From the IMG/VR virus record IMGVR_UViG_3300024177_000003, positions 5,683-69,682 of that record: a stretch of 64,000 nucleotides of DNA. The stretch is one strand, 5' to 3'. This stretch comes from a virus. Each line of letters opens with the position of its first letter. The first letter of the stretch is position 1. The position numbers were made by a program, and so were the translations under genes. Shown here in pieces: positions 59,596 through 64,000 of the stretch. The notes below the pieces were generated by a model that was not told the origin of the DNA, did no database searches, and saw nothing but the letters and a program-made list of their open reading frames with translations.

Positions 59596-59806
59596 GCGTC
59601 ATAGCCTCGTTTAAAAGCAGTGCGAATTTAATACACTGCTGCGCGCGTCCTTGCGCGACTTGAAGGTTGTCGGTTGCTTGAACCAGTTGGTCCAGCTGTT
59701 CCATCTGATAGTTGATAATCGCCGTATAAAAATCACGAAACTGCTGCGGCGCAGCATTTCGCATATAGCGCGCCTGTTTGACAATCTCCGCCGTGGCGTC
59801 GCTCAC
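59582..59806 (-). CDS. Small head-module protein
   Basis: AQGRAQ motif typical of the small gene between portal and scaffold. Confidence 0.65.
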   Translation of the reverse strand: MSDATAEIVKQARYMRNAAPQQFRDFYTAIINYQMEQLDQLVQATDNLQVAQGRAQQCIKFALLLNEAMTREHS

Positions 59807-60030
59807 ATCATATCGTCCGCATCGGGTTCCATCGGCCCGCCCATTGCCGGCGCAGGTGCAGGCATTGGTGCCGGCGGTGCCGGTTTGGGATAAGAATTAC
59901 CCGCAAACGGGCTGCCCCGCGTCAACGCCGCATGTCCAAGCGGCGTCGTCGCTTGAACGCCACCCTTGCCGACGTGTTTAACGATGCTGCCGCCAGGGCT
60001 GAAGGGGGTCAGATCTTTTTTATAAACCAT
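59803..60030 (-). CDS. Small hypothetical protein
   Basis: Start MVYKKDLTP; shares TP...G.I.KH.GKG character with small head-region proteins. Confidence 0.5.
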   Translation of the reverse strand: MVYKKDLTPFSPGGSIVKHVGKGGVQATTPLGHAALTRGSPFAGNSYPKPAPPAPMPAPAPAMGGPMEPDADDMM

Positions 60031-60238
60031 TGGGGCGGAACCCTCCATAACCGATACCGGCACCGCGCATGCCCATATCCGGCCCGGACGACATCGGCGA
60101 GCCGCCCTTGCCGTATTCACGGGTCGAGATCGGCTTGATCCGCGGCGCTGCCATCACGGCCTTGTTGGGATCGAACCGCGGAGGCCGCCCAAGCGGCATC
60201 CGCGGCGAGGGGGGCAGCCCCGTCGCTGGCCGAGGCAT
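60020..60238 (-). CDS. Small hypothetical protein
   Basis: Coupled to the upstream ORF; TREYGK motif resembles TDYGK in 31885-32136. Confidence 0.5.
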   Translation of the reverse strand: MPRPATGLPPSPRMPLGRPPRFDPNKAVMAAPRIKPISTREYGKGGSPMSSGPDMGMRGAGIGYGGFRPNGL

Positions 60239-60495
60239 TACCGTGCCCCCGTGATCCCAGCAGTCGCTTTTTGCGAACCGACGAATCCGAACATTTTATT
60301 GCTCCCGCCCTCGGCAAATTTGCCGCCGCTGCTTGTCGGATCGGACGCGGTCTGTCCTGCCGTCTGCGGCCCAGCTGGATCGGACGTTTTCTCGCGGTTA
60401 CCCGACCCAAACATCGGCGTGTTGCCGCCTTCAGCGAACGTGGTGTTGCGCTGGCTCTCAACCTTTTTGGTCAGACCTGGAACGCCATCAGCCAT
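60238..60495 (-). CDS. Small hypothetical protein with two FAEGG..xMFG repeats
   Basis: RBS GAGGAGGA before MADGVPG. Confidence 0.6.
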   Translation of the reverse strand: MADGVPGLTKKVESQRNTTFAEGGNTPMFGSGNREKTSDPAGPQTAGQTASDPTSSGGKFAEGGSNKMFGFVGSQKATAGITGAR

Positions 60496-60558
60496 AGAGT
60501 CCTCCTCACGGTATACGGCGGACATTAGTGTATAAAGCTTAAGAAAGTGTTAAGCCGT

Positions 60559-62829
60559 TCACTGCACCGTCAGCCGCAGCGTCTCCGAGTCGCTTCCGGC
60601 GTCGTTGCTGGCTTTGACACCGACGCTGTACTCCCCCGCTGTCCGCGGCGTGCCGCTGATGACCCCGGTGCCCGCGTTGATACTCAGCCCATCCGGCAGC
60701 CCCGTGGCTTCGTATGTGGTCGGCGCGTTATTCGCCGTGACGGTGTAGCTGAACGCCTGCCCGACGCGGCCGCTCGCCGCCAGCACGATCACCGGCGTCA
60801 CCGCCGGCTGCGGCGGTTCGGGCGATGTTGGTGCGAACACGACATCAACCCAATAGTTGGTACCCTGGTACGAGTCAGTCGGAAACGCGACCGCGCTCCC
60901 ATATTTATAGACCCCGTTATTACCGCTCGGTGCCGACAGCGGCGCGTTGGTGTAGGTCTGGACGAAGTAGTTCGTATCAGCTGAATACCGTCCACCGGAA
61001 TGGTAAGATACCACGTAGGTGGTATTTGCCTGAACCGCGACCGGGCTGGTAAAATTGGCCTGCTGCCAACCGCTGGCGGATTCACCGCTGAAGGTCACCG
61101 TCGCCAACCGATTGCCATTGGCCGACCACAGCGCGCCGGTATGCGTCCCGGTATTCTGCGACCCCTTGTAGAAGCGTACGCCGGTAACGTTCCCGGCGAC
61201 ACTCGAGCGAAACTTGACGCCGAGTTCGACCGAATTGGAATCGTTCTCCGAAACCACCTTGGGGGTGTCGCTCGAAGCGAAAAGGGTCGTGGCGTCGCCT
61301 GCCGGCGGGATTGGCGGGTCTGGCGGAACCGGCGGATCAGGTGGCGTTGATCCGCTCACCAACGGGTGGGGGTAAATGTAGGGGGTGTAGGCGACGACCC
61401 AAGTATCAGTGCTGCCGCAGCGATACAGCGTCCCCATCGGACCCTGGTCGGTGGCAAAATAGCCGACCCCACCCTGCCCGGCATCGGCCGGATCGGTGGC
61501 GCCGGTCGAGCATGAGGTCGGCCGGTTGGCCATGGTGCCGAAGCCCATGCCCGTGGAGCCGTTGAAGGGCGCCGTCCGCGAGGTCTGTTCCGAAGCCGAG
61601 ACCGCGTTGAACCAATCACGATCGTTTTTGGCATGCTGCGTCGTGTAATTCGGGTTACCGCCGAGGTTCTCGAACGCCATTGGCACCCGTGCCTTCGTGT
61701 CCGTCCAGAAATTGTTCCAGACGTACATCGGCTTCAGGTTGCCGCCTTTTGGCGTAGTTGCAAAATCGCGGCCAGGCTGGTGCCAGCACGGATATCCACG
61801 ATAGGTGGTTGAGGGAGAACGATTGCCGTCGCGGGACTGGTTGCCGTCGCAGATCGGCGCACCGCCATCAATGGAGTTTGCGTATGCGCGATAGTCCAGC
61901 ATCGAGATGGCAACGCCGCTTTTGCCGCTTGCCGCCGTGAACTTGTTGTTGAAAGCATAGAATTCACCTGAGCCCTGATGGTGAAAACAGCGATAGCAGT
62001 CGGCGATTCCTTGTCCGGACCCGCCGCTATTCACACGGATGTCGTTGTCGTAGAGTTCAAAGTTCGCCGGCCCGCCCGCGTGCGTCGCACCGTGCGAGGT
62101 TACGAGACAGTTGGTCGAGGTGTTGCGACGATAAACGGTGTTGTTGCCGCCCCAGCCGTCGATACAGCCGAGCCCGGAATTGTTGTTTGATGCGTTGGTG
62201 ATGACGTTGTCTTCGAAGAACAGATTCTCGGCCTTGCCCGCTGGCGACGGCAGTGGCGTCGAGCCCTCGACACCGATGTAGTTAAACGCCATGACGTTGC
62301 CGTTGTTCGATGCCGTGAACGTATTGTGGTCAACGACACCGTAAAACTGGCCGACCGTTGTATTTTCACCAAAAAAGAGCGTGGTGTTGCCCGCAGGAAT
62401 TGTAAACTTGTTATTATCGATCCGGAACTGGCGCAGCGTCCCGCGACCGTAAAACCAGATCACCATGTTGCCGCCGGTGAATTCAAAGCCGGAGACACGA
62501 TAAAATTTATTGTTGTCCCCCGACAGGTTGCCGTTCATCCCCAGCACAGTGCCGCTGGCGCTGACCTTACACGCACCGAGCGACGCACAGATCAGTGTCG
62601 CGCCCTTGGCGTTGTTGAAGGACACGAAACTGTTCCAGCTATAGTTGCCCGCAGCGAAGGTAAGGGTTGCGCCATCGGCAGCGCCCGAGAGGGCTGAGCT
62701 GATGTCGTTCGACGATGATCCCGCCGTGCAGTTATAGGTGGTGCCACTGCCGGAACACGCAGCATGCGCAGGCGACGACGGATGCGCCAGTGCAAGCACA
62801 GCACATGTACATAAAAGCCGAAATTTCAT
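60559..62829 (-). CDS. Signal-peptide beta-helix protein with DUF4082 and a putative Ig domain
   Basis: N-terminal signal ending AHA, Asn/Gly-rich beta-helix, VELGVKF...VTGVRFYKG...NYWVDVVF (DUF4082), and GLPDGLSINAGTGVISGTP (He_PIG). Confidence 0.8.
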   Translation of the reverse strand: MKFRLLCTCAVLALAHPSSPAHAACSGSGTTYNCTAGSSSNDISSALSGAADGATLTFAAGNYSWNSFVSFNNAKGATLICASLGACKVSASGTVLGMNGNLSGDNNKFYRVSGFEFTGGNMVIWFYGRGTLRQFRIDNNKFTIPAGNTTLFFGENTTVGQFYGVVDHNTFTASNNGNVMAFNYIGVEGSTPLPSPAGKAENLFFEDNVITNASNNNSGLGCIDGWGGNNTVYRRNTSTNCLVTSHGATHAGGPANFELYDNDIRVNSGGSGQGIADCYRCFHHQGSGEFYAFNNKFTAASGKSGVAISMLDYRAYANSIDGGAPICDGNQSRDGNRSPSTTYRGYPCWHQPGRDFATTPKGGNLKPMYVWNNFWTDTKARVPMAFENLGGNPNYTTQHAKNDRDWFNAVSASEQTSRTAPFNGSTGMGFGTMANRPTSCSTGATDPADAGQGGVGYFATDQGPMGTLYRCGSTDTWVVAYTPYIYPHPLVSGSTPPDPPVPPDPPIPPAGDATTLFASSDTPKVVSENDSNSVELGVKFRSSVAGNVTGVRFYKGSQNTGTHTGALWSANGNRLATVTFSGESASGWQQANFTSPVAVQANTTYVVSYHSGGRYSADTNYFVQTYTNAPLSAPSGNNGVYKYGSAVAFPTDSYQGTNYWVDVVFAPTSPEPPQPAVTPVIVLAASGRVGQAFSYTVTANNAPTTYEATGLPDGLSINAGTGVISGTPRTAGEYSVGVKASNDAGSDSETLRLTVQ

Positions 62830-63795
62830 TTAGTCCTCCTGTGGCGCCGGGTAGATCACCTCGACAACATCATCGGTTTTGGCGCCAAGCACCGCCAGCA
62901 ACCCCGGCGACAAGTCAGCAACGCGCCCAGTATCTGTGTGAGGCCCCCAATCAGCAGGATAAGCCAGCACCTCCTGACCCCGAAACCGCACCAACGCCTT
63001 CCGGGTCTGATCCCGCAGCATCGTCTTCGGCGTGACGTCGTAATCCCACCGACAGGCCACATAGAACACATCCGGATCAAGCCGCCGCGCCAAGCCGGTC
63101 GTGCCTGGTGGCTGCTCGGTCAAAAACAGGTGCGGGGCGTCATCCAGCTCATAAACAAAAGCCAGGCCTTCAGACGGACTGACGCCCGTATCGGCGGGAC
63201 CACCAAAACTTGAACATTTGCCATTCGCCGTGAACAAGACGCTGTCCGGAAATTCCGGCTGCGGCGGCAACGGCCGTTCCGGCGGTGCGACACCGCCAAG
63301 CGTTGTCACGATGGCATTACAGACGGATTCAAAATTAGCCGTAAACTTGTTTGAATCCGAGGTATTATCGCAGAAACAAATCTCGAGCAAAATCGCCGGT
63401 TTATTAGTTTTGTTCAAAAACGCGAGATCAGATCTATACTTACCGCCACGATTCGTAAACGGCCCGGCGGCGGCAATCGCCTTGGACATTTTAGCCGCTA
63501 ATTCACTTTGCGTAACGTAAAGTACCTCGGTACCTTGCGCACTGCCGTTATAAGCATTAAAATGCGTACTGACATCCAGCTCACGGGTTTGTTTATTATG
63601 CCAGGATGTAATCCTGTTCAAATTATCACTCTGCGTCGTACTGACGTCATCGTGAAATTTCGGACACCCGAGCAGTTCCGCGACACGGTCGACGACACGC
63701 CGTGCCTGATCGACCTCGTCAAGCTGCGGCGGAACCGGATTGCCGCGCGCACCGCGGATCTTGAGTCCGTGGCCGGAACTGAGAGCGATACGCAT
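62830..63795 (-). CDS. Endolysin: N-acetylmuramoyl-L-alanine amidase (Amidase_3) plus a second C-terminal domain
   Basis: IALSSGHG, E, VSTHFNA, GTEV and AILLEICF motifs; start MRIALS at 63795; C-terminal DWGP...RVADLSPG resembles a double-psi beta-barrel. Confidence 0.85.
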   Translation of the reverse strand: MRIALSSGHGLKIRGARGNPVPPQLDEVDQARRVVDRVAELLGCPKFHDDVSTTQSDNLNRITSWHNKQTRELDVSTHFNAYNGSAQGTEVLYVTQSELAAKMSKAIAAAGPFTNRGGKYRSDLAFLNKTNKPAILLEICFCDNTSDSNKFTANFESVCNAIVTTLGGVAPPERPLPPQPEFPDSVLFTANGKCSSFGGPADTGVSPSEGLAFVYELDDAPHLFLTEQPPGTTGLARRLDPDVFYVACRWDYDVTPKTMLRDQTRKALVRFRGQEVLAYPADWGPHTDTGRVADLSPGLLAVLGAKTDDVVEVIYPAPQED

Positions 63796-64000
63796 TTGAC
63801 TTTGTCCATTTATGGCTATAATGTGTCTTATCCCGGTTCCCCAACCTGGATCGCCCCCGGTGAACATTGATAGCCCCCTATCAGCGACCCCCCAGCACCG
63901 GGGGCACCCCTCATGGCAAATCGTCCTGTCCCTCCGACTCCAACTCCGTCCGCGGCCCATTGCGATAAAGCTCGAGAATCCGCTCCAACTGCGCCGGCTG

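Overview
The window is most of a GC-rich tailed-phage genome, probably podovirus-like and possibly infecting an alphaproteobacterium (both are inferences). The modules in order are: partial portal (-); terminase genes (+); a leftward unit with two short-repeat arrays around a winged-helix gene; an AT-rich intergenic region with inverted repeats; an early region of small genes separated by a conserved hairpin element; a Dam-like methyltransferase and a ParB-like gene; a replication module (PolA, PD-(D/E)XK exonuclease, VRR-NUC, SNF2 helicase, SSB-like protein, primase-helicase); and a long minus-strand virion module (ejection proteins, tail proteins, three collagen-like fibres, major capsid protein, scaffold, a signal-peptide beta-helix protein, amidase). 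The standout is a TIGR-Tas-like RNA-guided system. It has a nuclease-less Nop/IS110-like gene (23098-24150) and about 60 dual-spacer units of ~36 nt (AGCGTGCCG-9nt-ARWGACCCG-9nt) in four arrays plus one solitary unit. Two arrays lie ~19 kb from the effector gene, and both loci sit beside a receiver-less OmpR/CtrA-type winged-helix gene. Also notable are a group I intron with a LAGLIDADG ORF splitting the capsid gene, two candidate immune-signal sponge proteins, and eight covarying intergenic hairpin elements. All calls come from reading motifs by eye; no database searches were run.
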